64,000 nucleotides of DNA from Nitrosopumilus sp. (GTDB lineage: Archaea > Thermoproteota > Nitrososphaeria > Nitrososphaerales > Nitrosopumilaceae). Every line of letters starts with the position of its first letter. Positions within the stretch are counted from its first letter, which is position 1. Below, in pieces: positions 50,655-61,335 of the stretch. Below the pieces are notes generated by a model. The model saw only the letters and a program-made list of their open reading frames with translations. It was not told the origin of the DNA and ran no database searches. The stretch lies in contig OZ241857.1 in the NCBI GenBank assembly GCA_965203315.1, positions 992,001-1,056,000 on the forward strand, in the 5' to 3' direction. The position numbers and the translations under genes are program-made.

Positions 50655-51900
50655 CAGACATCGCAAAAGTAACTATAATTTAACCAAAAGATCAAAAATA
50701 TCGATCAAACAAAGTCAATAAGGATTGCATGTCTCAGGAATCTAATGCGCAAACAATCAGACTCGCTGAGACAAGCAGTATCTAGAAACCGTTCTACTTA
50801 TAGATATATTTTCATAAACGCTATGGATCAGATACCATTCAAAGTATCTAATTATCACAATGCCAAATACACAAAATGGGACGGACTCAAGATCATCATA
50901 GATGCGGCAGTAGCAAACAAATCTCCTGCTGATCGTTCCAGATTGATCAGAGATAGTGATGGTTATGCACCTACAGGCGAATGGATTAGGAAGAGGATCG
51001 AAGAGACGTGTGAGAAACCGATAGATGAGATATTCAAGTATGCCGTGACGCAACACCTGTCAGAGCTAAAACGGCTTGGTCGCTTTCCTCGACATCCTAT
51101 CATTGGAGTAGACAGAACGAGTTTTTCAAGATATGATAAAGATAATCCAGATCTGATTAAGGGTAGAGCGAAAGATGGTACGACTGTATTTGAGACACAC
51201 ATCTCTGCACAGCTGGTCAACCCCGGCACAAGACTTGTTTTATCTACATTTTCAGTCAAAAAAGGGGAAAAAAATGCTGATTTTATGCCTAAAATTGTAG
51301 ATTTTTACGAAATAAACTCTACAAGACCAGCGCTGTTTGTTGCCGATCGTGGGTTTTATTCAGTTGCTATGATCAAATTCTTGAATGGAACTAGACACAA
51401 ATATCTGATGCCATGCGTAAACACTTCTGGCATAAAAAAAGCAATAGAGGAATACAAACGAGGAGAACGAGTTAGAGTGTCAAAATATGTAATAAAGAAC
51501 AACAAGGATCAAGCAGGATGTTACATCATAATAACTCGTGACAGAGATGACCCAGAAGAGTATAGAGCATTTGCAACAAATGATCCAAATATTGATCTAG
51601 AGAAATATCGCGATCGTTGGGAGATTGAGAATGGATTCAAATTTACTCGAAATATGCGTGTTAGAACTCACAGTAGATCAACACCGTGTAGAACATACAT
51701 GTTCATGTCTGCACAAATGTTGCTAAACTTGTGGACTATATTCAATCTTGTATTGTTGGTTGAAGGTATCACATCTCACAAGATGTACCAAAGCTTGTTT
51801 CTTAAAACAGTGCAAACATTGATCGAGATCCCACCTGAGCCTCCGCCTGAGCCGATTGCACCCTAGATGCCAAAATTTACACGTACATTTGCGATGTCTG
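50655..51900 (+). mobile_element. ISH3-family insertion sequence, 1246 bp
   Basis: TIR CAGACATCGCAAA(A/T)GTA, 16 of 17 match; 5-bp target duplication ATATT. Confidence 0.9.
50745..51866 (+). CDS. ISH3-family DDE transposase
   Basis: IGVDRT, VADRGFYS, YRDRWEIENGFK. Confidence 0.9.
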   Translation: MRKQSDSLRQAVSRNRSTYRYIFINAMDQIPFKVSNYHNAKYTKWDGLKIIIDAAVANKSPADRSRLIRDSDGYAPTGEWIRKRIEETCEKPIDEIFKYAVTQHLSELKRLGRFPRHPIIGVDRTSFSRYDKDNPDLIKGRAKDGTTVFETHISAQLVNPGTRLVLSTFSVKKGEKNADFMPKIVDFYEINSTRPALFVADRGFYSVAMIKFLNGTRHKYLMPCVNTSGIKKAIEEYKRGERVRVSKYVIKNNKDQAGCYIIITRDRDDPEEYRAFATNDPNIDLEKYRDRWEIENGFKFTRNMRVRTHSRSTPCRTYMFMSAQMLLNLWTIFNLVLLVEGITSHKMYQSLFLKTVQTLIEIPPEPPPEPIAP

Positions 51901-52250
51901 ATATTGTATATTGTACATTGTACATACTAGATGATCGTATGTATACTATGCATCGTGTATAACACATCACATCTAGATGAGGATAATCTCCGATCTACAG
52001 ACGCAGACATATCTCTAGCATCTGACCAATGATGTTTCTGTACAAATTCCAACCAATTCGCCAAAACATATCAACATACATCAGACATTGCGGTAATCCA
52101 GACGGATGATCCATGACCACCTGATAGTGAAACTTTTTCCATCTTGCTCTGATGATACATATCGAATCGTATCAGAGCATATCGACTCCACCAAATGTGC
52201 GATTTGACAACTAGATGTACCAAACTCGACAAGATGCAAACGGATTAAAC

Positions 52251-53946
52251 GTACGAGGTTAGGTCTAAAAGATCTACCCAAAGGGACAACTTTTCTAGAT
52301 AATCTAGGCTAAATCCAAACATTACCAATTATGACAATGTCTAGACAGATCACGAGACAAAAGGCCAAGAAAGATAGTGAGACGGCTACCAAGATAGCAG
52401 ATCTAGAGGATACTGTCAAGCAGCAAAATGATACCATCGAACAACAACAAGAGACCATTACGAGTCTACAAAAACAAGTTGCAAAGCAGAAGAGAATGAA
52501 TATGAAACTGTACGAGATTTTACTTGCTACAATTATGGGACTTCAAGTATCTCCAAATTCAATCAATGATTGTTTTAATGTATTTCAAAGTATGATCAAG
52601 ATAATAGAACGTGGTCAACAACTATCACAGACCAAGATTCGTAACACCAGAAAAAAGATAGAGGGTAAAAAAGAAAAGATAGAGGTACAAACAGCACAGG
52701 CCAAGAACAAAGAAACGAGACGCAAGCAGCTCGACAATTCTAACGTACCGTCATCAAAACAACCAGATCATGTAAAAAAGAGTACAAGAAAATCTAAAAG
52801 CGAATGGAAAAAAGCAGGACAAGACAAGGGTCACAAAGGAGTTTCCGACAACATAAAAACAGACAAGACAAAACATCATAAAAAAGAAAAGTGTGACGGA
52901 TGTGGCAGTAAGCATGTTGACAACAAGAGGTCTAGACAAAAGAGAACGATTGACATACAGATCATAATATTGCACATACTCCATATAGGATACTTTTACA
53001 ACTGTAGAGATTGTGGCGCATCAGGCGATACATTCGACAGCATCCCAGACATACTACACAACACAATGTTGTGCCCAATTCTAGGCGTGATTGCAACCAT
53101 AATGAGAAAGAATGGCTGTAGTATCAGAACAATAACCAGTACTCTTCAATGCCTAGACCCGTGTATATCTAAAAAGATGGTAACGGGTGCAATAGACACG
53201 ATTGCCGATAAATTAGACAAATATGTCAAAAAAATAGAGAGAATGAACCTAAAATCCAAGGTAATCTACATGGATGAGACGTCGATGTCCCTTGCTGCGA
53301 AATTGGGATGGGTCTGGGTTCTTGTCGGCGATTATGGTACGCAATTTATCATATCGCCAGATCGTACAAAAAAGTTTCTTGAAAAAACGTTCAAAAAGTA
53401 TATTCTGATACCACTCGTGTCGGATGGATATGTCGTGTACAAACTATTCAATGTACGGCAACGTTGTTGGGCGCACATACTGCGAAATGCAAAAGATACA
53501 ATGTGTGACGTACATACTGTACTAATGTACAAAAGATTACAGAAACTACTTGAAATTGCAAAAGCACTACAGGTGGACAATCCCAATCATGTGGACATGT
53601 ACCTAAAATACAGAGTAGATGATCTAGTGCAAAAGACATTATCACTTGCAGCAGAGTACAAGAAACTAGACAACGAAGCTTGTCGCAAATTTGGAGTTCA
53701 TTTAGCTAATGCTGCAGATGATCTATACACATTTGTGCTATACTATGGTATGGAATACACAAACAACAGAGCAGAGCGAGCTATACGATCAATGGTGCTA
53801 TTCCGCAAGGTAACTCAACGTATTGTATCTGAGGAGAGTAAACGACGAGTTGGCAATATCTTTACATGTGTAACAACATGGGAGCAACAAGGTCTCAACG
53901 TCTATGATACACTCCTAAAAGTTGTGCGTGAGACCTAACCTCATAC
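52251..53946 (+). mobile_element. IS66-family insertion sequence (single-ORF type), 1696 bp
   Basis: TIR GTA(C/T)GAGGTTAGGTCT; 8-bp target duplication GATTAAAC at 52243-52250 and 53947-53954. Confidence 0.93.
52331..53938 (+). CDS. IS66 transposase (TnpC-like)
   Basis: Coiled coil, NSNVPSS, zinc finger, MDET, SDGY, QRCWAHILR, TNNRAERAIR. Confidence 0.92.
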   Translation: MTMSRQITRQKAKKDSETATKIADLEDTVKQQNDTIEQQQETITSLQKQVAKQKRMNMKLYEILLATIMGLQVSPNSINDCFNVFQSMIKIIERGQQLSQTKIRNTRKKIEGKKEKIEVQTAQAKNKETRRKQLDNSNVPSSKQPDHVKKSTRKSKSEWKKAGQDKGHKGVSDNIKTDKTKHHKKEKCDGCGSKHVDNKRSRQKRTIDIQIIILHILHIGYFYNCRDCGASGDTFDSIPDILHNTMLCPILGVIATIMRKNGCSIRTITSTLQCLDPCISKKMVTGAIDTIADKLDKYVKKIERMNLKSKVIYMDETSMSLAAKLGWVWVLVGDYGTQFIISPDRTKKFLEKTFKKYILIPLVSDGYVVYKLFNVRQRCWAHILRNAKDTMCDVHTVLMYKRLQKLLEIAKALQVDNPNHVDMYLKYRVDDLVQKTLSLAAEYKKLDNEACRKFGVHLANAADDLYTFVLYYGMEYTNNRAERAIRSMVLFRKVTQRIVSEESKRRVGNIFTCVTTWEQQGLNVYDTLLKVVRET

Positions 53947-54042
53947 GATTAAACTATTACTGAAAGATTCAGGTATTGACATTCAAGACTAGCATACCTT
54001 GACATTGAATATAAAAGAAAAAAAGGTGCAAAAGCACGTTTT

Positions 54043-54606
54043 CTATGGAATTGCACGACTGTACAGTTTGCCTTCAAGAGCCATCTTGTACATCTCTGCA
54101 ACGTAAGGATTTTCACCTGGAGTCTCTGCACCAAGCTCTACTAGTCGAGCATATACTCGAACTACGTATGCAAGTGCACCCATGAATGCTACTACAACAC
54201 CCATGTTAAACATCCAGTGATTTGGTACTGCAAAGATCTCCTCGACAAACCAAAAGTGCCACATCTCGTTGACTCCAATCGTGAACATCGTAGCCAGATA
54301 ACCTAGAATGGTCATCTTTAGACCAGTGTTCATAGAGTTGTTTGGACCTCTGAGAACAGGAACTTTTCTATCATATATAGCAGCTGCACCCCAACCTAAT
54401 GGCAATGCTACAAAGTGTGAGTATAACCACCAGTGTGCTGGAGTAAATGCACTATCTCGGATAGATGTCTGATGGAGTGAACCATCGACAAAGTTGTCTA
54501 CTTCGACCGATGCTGCAGTACTTCCCATAGCAATGACGATGAGCCAGATCTTTTTTAGTCTCTGAATCTCAACCTCTTTTGGGATTAGTGCGGGCATCTG
54601 TGCCAT
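54043..54606 (-). CDS. amoC: Ammonia monooxygenase subunit C, archaeal
   Basis: MAQMPALIPKEVEIQRLKK; DGSLHQTSIRDSAFTPAH. Confidence 0.99.
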   Translation of the reverse strand: MAQMPALIPKEVEIQRLKKIWLIVIAMGSTAASVEVDNFVDGSLHQTSIRDSAFTPAHWWLYSHFVALPLGWGAAAIYDRKVPVLRGPNNSMNTGLKMTILGYLATMFTIGVNEMWHFWFVEEIFAVPNHWMFNMGVVVAFMGALAYVVRVYARLVELGAETPGENPYVAEMYKMALEGKLYSRAIP

Positions 54607-54873
54607 AAGTATAGTTGTGTGAATTTAATATATAAAGTAGGAGCTCAATAGATGACGAAATATACGAAAAAATTTGTAAAAAATACAAGTAAAAATGAAA
54701 AAATTGTAAACATGTGCAATAATTGAAAAAAATCTAGACAAAAATTGAGATGGTTTGGTTGTATAACATCGATGATCAAATATACCAATCAGATATGTCG
54801 AGATATCTTGGGATCTCAACACAAGGTAAAACATATAACAACGTATATCTTGTTGAAGATATTAGGGATAAAT

Positions 54874-55443
54874 ATGGTCGAGAAGAAGATATTCGCATTT
54901 GGACTGACCGTTGTGCTTGCACTAGGAACTTTGGGTTTCAATTGGGTTGAAACCATCATCCCAACTGCAGAGGCACATGGCGTTCAAGCACAACTCCAGA
55001 GTCGTTTCATCAGAATAGCAGATGAGACCTTTAATCGACAGTCTCTGCAAACAGGTGAGACCCTTGAACTAAAGGGAACATTGATCAGTCTAGTAGAACG
55101 AGACCTTAGAGGATGGTTGTCCATCTTTTCAGAGTCAACCAATGCAGGAAACCGATGGGAGATGCTCTCAAGAGATCCACCAGGAAACGTTTTCGATATT
55201 GAGGGAAATAGCCAGATAGAGTATGCTCTATCGGCCAAAGCACTAGAAGCTGGTGTATATCACGTACACACACAACTCAATGTAGCATCGGTAGGTCCAG
55301 GACTAGGTCCAGGTCAAACTGTCGTTGTAGAAGGTGAACCAATAATCAAGCCTATCCCATATGTCAACATTATGTACCAATCTATCATAATTGGTGTTGG
55401 ATATGTGATAACGTTTGCAACACGACCCTGGCAAGTAATCTAA
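54874..55443 (+). CDS. amoB: Ammonia monooxygenase subunit B, archaeal
   Basis: Signal peptide then AHGVQAQLQSRF; GVYHVHTQLN; TRPWQVI. Confidence 0.98.
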   Translation: MVEKKIFAFGLTVVLALGTLGFNWVETIIPTAEAHGVQAQLQSRFIRIADETFNRQSLQTGETLELKGTLISLVERDLRGWLSIFSESTNAGNRWEMLSRDPPGNVFDIEGNSQIEYALSAKALEAGVYHVHTQLNVASVGPGLGPGQTVVVEGEPIIKPIPYVNIMYQSIIIGVGYVITFATRPWQVI

Positions 55444-55527
55444 CCAAAACCCTCTCTTTTCATTTTCTGAAACTTTTATTATACATGGTGCCATAATATG
55501 TAGTTGTTAAACTTTAAGATCATCAAG

Positions 55528-55809
55528 ATGGATATATTTCAGAGTTACTTTTTTGGTCAAGTCGAGTTTCGTGGAGATACATACAAGGTAAACATACAGA
55601 ATCAACGTAGAGGCAAAGTTCTTCGACTCCCCTTTGAGATAGCCCACAAGAACAAGATGGTTGCGAGATTGACAGGACCTAACGATCTCTTTGTGGAGGA
55701 CTATCTACAATATGCTGGCAGTTCAGAGTGGCTCGAGATCGACTCGGACGAGATAACATACTTTCTTGCGGATCATCAAGATCAGTTAGATACGATCGAG
55801 ATCATGTAA
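55528..55809 (+). CDS. Hypothetical protein downstream of amoB
   Basis: ORF from MDIFQSYF; host-like codon usage. Confidence 0.7.
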   Translation: MDIFQSYFFGQVEFRGDTYKVNIQNQRRGKVLRLPFEIAHKNKMVARLTGPNDLFVEDYLQYAGSSEWLEIDSDEITYFLADHQDQLDTIEIM

Positions 55810-55905
55810 TGTATCTAACACTCTAGATCTATCCGATCTCATACTTAGTAGAATGATCGCATTGTAGAAAGGACTTTAAAGAATCTAATAGTAAATGAGG
55901 TTGGC

Positions 55906-56427
55906 ATGATCTGGCCCGGAACCAACGATCCCTACAAACGAAAGAAGACCATTCGATTTCTCATAATCACGGCAATAATAGGGATCTCGGCAGCTGCAGC
56001 GAGTTCACTAACCATACAGTCACTAGACGCGGATAATCCGTTAAAGGTCTGCATAAATGATCGAGATACAAAATTTAAGATCAGTGCCACACTAGAGTTG
56101 ATAATCGATGGTCAACCAGCTGAGATTCCAGCTAATATCGGACGAGATGAGCAGTGTCACAGGACAATGTATACTTTGACCGATGATGGAACAATATATG
56201 CAGAATGGGAAGAAGAGTATCCGTTCGAGATAGGACACTTTTTGTGGATGTGGGAGTTTCCGCTACGAGACATGGATCAGTCAAAGTCGGCCATCTATGT
56301 AAACGATAAAGAGTCAGAACACTTTATAGCTCATCCGCTACAAGATGGATATCACTACAAGGCTGTATTTACATCAAAGGCATATGACCAGTCAAGAGAC
56401 CAAGACTTTTTGCCACCAGAGAGATAG
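55906..56427 (+). CDS. Membrane-anchored hypothetical protein
   Basis: N-terminal hydrophobic anchor; IPANIG..C...YT..DG.IY. Confidence 0.7.
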   Translation: MIWPGTNDPYKRKKTIRFLIITAIIGISAAAASSLTIQSLDADNPLKVCINDRDTKFKISATLELIIDGQPAEIPANIGRDEQCHRTMYTLTDDGTIYAEWEEEYPFEIGHFLWMWEFPLRDMDQSKSAIYVNDKESEHFIAHPLQDGYHYKAVFTSKAYDQSRDQDFLPPER

Positions 56428-56626
56428 GAATATCAGACTCGAGATCAGATCACGATAACTTGTATGAGTGTATCTTTATCAGATGTGATTGATGGTGAAT
56501 ATCAGACTTTTGGGAGATTCGGATCGTTCTAGTTCGGCTACCAAATCACAGTATTTGCTAGGTCTCACAAGTGATTCTACATGTACATACCATCTATATG
56601 AGAATAAAAGTAAAAAGAAAAGAAGA

Positions 56627-56896
56627 CTACCAGTACTTGCCGTTGTCTGGTATCAGACCAATGCCTTCTCTTTCAAAGTGTCTGTCCAATTCATCGACCC
56701 ATCTCTCACGGTTGTCCTTGTAGGCCCATCCATGAACACGCAACCAGAATGCGATAATTCCTAAGAGGAATATGGTAAACATCATGGTTCCAAAGATGTA
56801 AATCATTACATCGTAGAATAGTGGGTCATAGTTTGGTCCCAGCTGTCCTGTAATCGATGACAGGATACTAAGAAATGTTCCTACTATGGGAGTCAT
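56627..56896 (-). CDS. amoY: Probable ammonia monooxygenase subunit Y
   Basis: Small single-helix membrane protein between amoB and rps15, where I recall amoY/amoZ lying in Nitrosopumilales; Y versus Z assignment from memory. Confidence 0.55.
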   Translation of the reverse strand: MTPIVGTFLSILSSITGQLGPNYDPLFYDVMIYIFGTMMFTIFLLGIIAFWLRVHGWAYKDNRERWVDELDRHFEREGIGLIPDNGKYW

Positions 56897-57185
56897 TGTA
56901 TATTTTGATTCTAACTGTGCGATATATACATTTCTTTTGAGGGCATGTATGCGGGATCTGAGACGTCATAGGGCACACATACTAGGTTTTGACGATTCAT
57001 GACTCGAACAAGATCAACAGATAACAAGATACGCTAGACGTCTACAGATGTAAACTGAGAGTGACCTATCGGGATTGTGTAGTTTATAGTCTAACCCAAC
57101 ATGATAGAGACGAGTCACAATATTGATGAAATTGGCCAGATACAAGTATAATACAAGTATAATAAAAAGATGAAAAGAGGAAAAT

Positions 57186-57518
57186 TTATCCTCGTCCCAT
57201 AGCAGCATACTTGCCAGATCTTCCTCGTAAGAAGAAAGCACCTGCAATACCGCCAAATACAGCACCAGAGATTATCGATGCACCAATAACTCCGTTAGGA
57301 TCAAGATATGGTGTTCCAGATCCAGCAGCTGGATTTTCCTTTACAGCGTCAATTCGAGCTTTTGCTAGTTTTAATGCCTCCTCTAATGTATTAGATCCAG
57401 TCTCACCATCTGCGCCGACATTACCACTATACTGTGCAAGGGCAATAGACGTAGTACCTAGACCACCAACTATAAAGACGGACATGATGGCTGCTGTCAA
57501 TACTATCTTTGTTTTCAT
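57186..57518 (-). CDS. amoZ: Probable ammonia monooxygenase subunit Z
   Basis: Signal peptide plus C-terminal helix GVIGASIISGAVFGGIAGAFF; divergent from rps15; terminator resembles those of the amo genes. Confidence 0.55.
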   Translation of the reverse strand: MKTKIVLTAAIMSVFIVGGLGTTSIALAQYSGNVGADGETGSNTLEEALKLAKARIDAVKENPAAGSGTPYLDPNGVIGASIISGAVFGGIAGAFFLRGRSGKYAAMGRG

Positions 57519-57683
57519 ATAGTATTCAAAAGCCATCTTGAGCTATTTAACCCTTTTTTTAGTAGAGAGATCTGCGAGATCATATGAAATCGACATCCGT
57601 ACTAGATCGGGCAGAGTCGAGTGCGATCATGGATGCAGAGTCGAGACGTAACGTTTAATTCCATTTCATATCAGTGGTACATC

Positions 57684-58133
57684 ATGGGACGAATGCACAC
57701 TCACAGACATGGCAAGTCACACTCTATCAGACCTACAAATCTAGAGGCACCTAGATGGGTAACACAGAGCCCAGAAGAGATAGAACAGTTGATCATAAAG
57801 TATGCCAAAGAGGGTATGACTCCGAGTCAGATTGGGATAAAGCTAAGAGACCAACACGCTATTCCGCTAGTAAAGCCGATCCTAAAAAAGTCGATCGGGC
57901 AGATTCTAGAAGAACATGATCTAAAGGCAGAGATGCCTGAAGATCTGGACAACATTGTAAAAAAGGCTGTAGGGCTACAGAGACACCTCAAAGAGAATAG
58001 AGGAGATCGACGCAATGTTAGATCTCTAGAGTTGATAGAGGCAAAGGTTCATCGACTATCGGTATATTATAAGAGAATACATCAGATTCCTCAAAATTGG
58101 AAATATAAGTCAGTCGTCGCTCAATTAGAGTGA
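57684..58133 (+). CDS. rps15: 30S ribosomal protein S15 (S13e)
   Basis: MGRMHTHRHGKSHS; PSQIGIKLRDQH; LIEAKVHRL..YYK. Confidence 0.97.
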   Translation: MGRMHTHRHGKSHSIRPTNLEAPRWVTQSPEEIEQLIIKYAKEGMTPSQIGIKLRDQHAIPLVKPILKKSIGQILEEHDLKAEMPEDLDNIVKKAVGLQRHLKENRGDRRNVRSLELIEAKVHRLSVYYKRIHQIPQNWKYKSVVAQLE

Positions 58134-59548
58134 TGGCATCTCTAGACGAGTCACTGTCGATGTTTCGAGATAGAGTTGTAGATTGTTGTAGATCAAGACG
58201 ATCCATAATGGTTACAACTCATAACGACTGTGACGGTCTAACATCAGGCAGTATCATTACAAAGGCATTGATAAGAGCTGGAGCACACTGTACACTTCGA
58301 GTTAGTAAGGAGTTCAGTACAGATGTGATAAAGTCCCTAAAGAGTGAGTCCAGAGACTTGAATATAGTCACAGATCTTGGTGGGGGGTTTGCAAAGGGTC
58401 TAGATGATGAGCTAGGAGACAGATGGATGGTACTGGATCATCACCAGATACCTCAATCAGAGATGGATCACATAAACGTCATAAACGCATGGAGATATGG
58501 TATAGACGGCGGTACAGAGATCTGTGCAGGAGGAATGGCATACAAGGCAGCTCTAGCACTAGATGAAAAGAATCGAGATCTCTCGCCACTGGCGATCGTG
58601 GCAGCTCTAGGCGATAGGCAAGATGGAGGTGATCGAAAGTCGCTTACAGGAATAAACTTTGAGATAGCCGAGACGGCAAAGGAGATGGAACTCGTCGATG
58701 TGGATATGGACTTGCTACTAGTTGGGAGAGAGACTAGACCGTTAGCCGATGCGCTTGCGTTTACGTCTCAACCGTTTATCGAAGGACTGACATGGAATCG
58801 CGATGTATGTTTTGCGATGCTGACATCTTCAGAGATACCACTAAAAGAGGGTAATCGATGGCGAGTCCCAGCAGAGTTGAGTCAGGATGAAAAAAAGAGA
58901 GTCATCGAAGCGATCGCAAAGTTTGTGTCGGGCAAGAATACACAAGTGATGTCCGAACTCATCGGATACACATACACATTTCAGAACGAAGACGGTCGTA
59001 GCTTTCTGCGAGATGGACGAGAGTTTGCAACCATGCTCAACTCGTGTGGGCGAATAGATCGTGCAGGAGTCGGTATTGCGATATGTATCGGAGACAGAGG
59101 CAAGAGTCTGATGGAAGGAGAAGAGATACTGATCGACTATCGAAGTAAGATTCGTGAGTGCATGAATATACTTACAAACGAACGATGGAGGACGTACGGT
59201 AATGATACATACCTGCTAGTCAATGGTAGAGATATCGTACCAGAGACGATGTCCGGTACAGTGTCATCGTTGATAGCTGCATCGCCGATCCATGTAGGCA
59301 AGATCGTGATACTTTATACCACGGCAGACTCGGACAAGATAAAGTTCTCATCTCGTAAGTCACTTGGTTGCAAGTCACAGACAAACTTGAGTGATCTGAT
59401 GAGACGAGGAGCAGAAAAGTTTGATGGTATCGGTGGCGGACATGCATCGGCTGCCGGTGCAAAGATTACAAAGAACAAATTAGACGACTTTCTCAAATAC
59501 ATAGAAGAGAATGTCGTTGAGATGCCAAATTCAACTAGTGATAGATGA
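58130..59548 (+). CDS. DHH/DHHA1 phosphoesterase (archaeal RecJ-like)
   Basis: HNDCDG, TDLG, LDHH, GGGHASAAG. Confidence 0.92.
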   Translation: MMASLDESLSMFRDRVVDCCRSRRSIMVTTHNDCDGLTSGSIITKALIRAGAHCTLRVSKEFSTDVIKSLKSESRDLNIVTDLGGGFAKGLDDELGDRWMVLDHHQIPQSEMDHINVINAWRYGIDGGTEICAGGMAYKAALALDEKNRDLSPLAIVAALGDRQDGGDRKSLTGINFEIAETAKEMELVDVDMDLLLVGRETRPLADALAFTSQPFIEGLTWNRDVCFAMLTSSEIPLKEGNRWRVPAELSQDEKKRVIEAIAKFVSGKNTQVMSELIGYTYTFQNEDGRSFLRDGREFATMLNSCGRIDRAGVGIAICIGDRGKSLMEGEEILIDYRSKIRECMNILTNERWRTYGNDTYLLVNGRDIVPETMSGTVSSLIAASPIHVGKIVILYTTADSDKIKFSSRKSLGCKSQTNLSDLMRRGAEKFDGIGGGHASAAGAKITKNKLDDFLKYIEENVVEMPNSTSDR

Positions 59549-59759
59549 TATTCCAGAGCGAGAGGCCATGGCCATAAAACAGGCGTTGGAACCAGACAAC
59601 ATTGACTTTCCAAAAGGTCAGAGCTGTACCATTGAAAATATTGATAACAAACTAGTCTTGTCCATAAACGGTAGAGATAACATGAACCAGTTGATCGGAA
59701 CAGTAGATGAGATACTAGCACACATCTATGTCGCTTTGGGAGTGACCAAGCAGTGTTAG
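59511..59759 (+). CDS. pcc1: KEOPS complex subunit Pcc1
   Basis: AL.PDN motif; position between the DHH gene and serS/rps3ae. Confidence 0.75.
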   Translation: MSLRCQIQLVIDDIPEREAMAIKQALEPDNIDFPKGQSCTIENIDNKLVLSINGRDNMNQLIGTVDEILAHIYVALGVTKQC

Positions 59760-61018
59760 ACCCTCAGATCATAAAGGATGAACCTGAAAAGATTGCAGAT
59801 ATGTTAAAGGCCCGAGGGATCGAGTTTGATCTTGATGGACTGATACATTATGATAAAGAGAGACGTAAATGCATAACAGAGACCGACGAGTTACGTCATC
59901 TCAAGAATCAGATCGGAGTCGAGATTGCAGCACAAAAGAAGGCAGGTAAATCTGCTACAGATACAATAGCTCAGATGAGTCGGGTTGCAACAGAGTTAGA
60001 GAGTTTGGAGACTAGACGTCAAGAGATAGAGAGAGAGTATACGCGTCTAGCAATGTCGATCCCAAATATGGTAGACGAGTCTGTACCTATAGGAGTAGAC
60101 GAGAGTGCAAATGTGATATGCAAAAAGTCAGGCGAACTGCCACAGTTTGACTTTGAGATACGAGATCACATAGACATTACAGAGAATCTAAAGCTCGTAG
60201 ATCTTGGACGTGCCGCAAAGGTCTCAGGTGCAAGATTCTACTATCTATGTGGTGATCTAGTTCTACTAAATAATGCATTGATCAGTTTTGCATTAGACTT
60301 TGTAACCGAGAGAGGATATCGTTTGATTCAACCACCATACATGATCAACCGTGCAGCAATGGAAGGTGCAGTAATAGCACAGGACTTTGAGGACGTCATA
60401 TACAAGATTCATGATGAAGACCTATACATGATCGGAACGTCCGAGCATGCGATTGCAGCAATGCACTCAGATGAGATAATAGAGGGGGGTGATCTACCGC
60501 TTCGATATGTAGGTGTCAGTCCATGTTTCAGAAGAGAGGCAGGAGCACATGGTCGAGATCAGAAGGGGATATTCAGAGTTCACCAGTTTGACAAGATTGA
60601 ACAATTTGTCTTTTGCAAACCAAAAGATGCGCCAAGCCAACACGAGATGATGCTGCAGACGGCCGAGTCATTCTATGATCAGCTCGGCATACCATATCAG
60701 GTTGTCTTGCTCTCTAGTGGCGACATGGGCAAGTCTGCTGCCAAGACATTCGATATCGAGGCGTGGATGGCAGGTCAGAATGCATACAGAGAGATCGTCT
60801 CGTGTTCAAACTGTCTAGACTATCAAGCAAGACGATTACACATACGATTTCGAGACAAGACGAACCAAGATACCACATACGTAAACACGCTAAACAGTAC
60901 TCTAGTTGCAACTAGTCGTGTACTGGTAGCTATAATAGAGAACTATCAGACAAAAGATGGTCACATCAAGATTCCTCAAGTCTTGCAGAGATATCTCAAT
61001 GGTCGCAGAGAGATATAG
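59753..61018 (+). CDS. serS: Seryl-tRNA synthetase
   Basis: GTSEH, CFRREAG, RVHQFDKIEQF, EIVSCSNC.DYQARR, TLNST. Confidence 0.97.
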   Translation: MLDPQIIKDEPEKIADMLKARGIEFDLDGLIHYDKERRKCITETDELRHLKNQIGVEIAAQKKAGKSATDTIAQMSRVATELESLETRRQEIEREYTRLAMSIPNMVDESVPIGVDESANVICKKSGELPQFDFEIRDHIDITENLKLVDLGRAAKVSGARFYYLCGDLVLLNNALISFALDFVTERGYRLIQPPYMINRAAMEGAVIAQDFEDVIYKIHDEDLYMIGTSEHAIAAMHSDEIIEGGDLPLRYVGVSPCFRREAGAHGRDQKGIFRVHQFDKIEQFVFCKPKDAPSQHEMMLQTAESFYDQLGIPYQVVLLSSGDMGKSAAKTFDIEAWMAGQNAYREIVSCSNCLDYQARRLHIRFRDKTNQDTTYVNTLNSTLVATSRVLVAIIENYQTKDGHIKIPQVLQRYLNGRREI

Positions 61019-61024
61019 TCATAG

Positions 61025-61196
61025 GGCTCTGTTCAATTGACGGGGGTTGAGATCATGATGACATTATCTCAAAGAACGCACAGTGAGATTCAAAACCGCA
61101 ACAATTTACGATAGCCGATATGAGACCGTTTCCATATTTTGCAAAGTTTCGAGAATTTTGTGCAGAAAATGCCAACCCTCGTCAAATGAACAAACC
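61025..61196. mobile_element. 172-bp MITE with IS6-like ends, copy 2 (inverted relative to 45751..45922)
   Basis: Starts GGCTCTGTTCAATTGACGGG; interior is the reverse complement of copy 1 with scattered substitutions. Confidence 0.82.
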
Positions 61197-61335
61197 TTGC
61201 ATATACTTTACATGTACAGTACGCAAGGCATTGATCTATACACGGTAATGTTTGTGTGATATAGTAACATCAGTGTACATCAGTGTACATCGATCTAACA
61301 TACCCTTATATTTTGGGCTCAGAGGTCGATATTGA

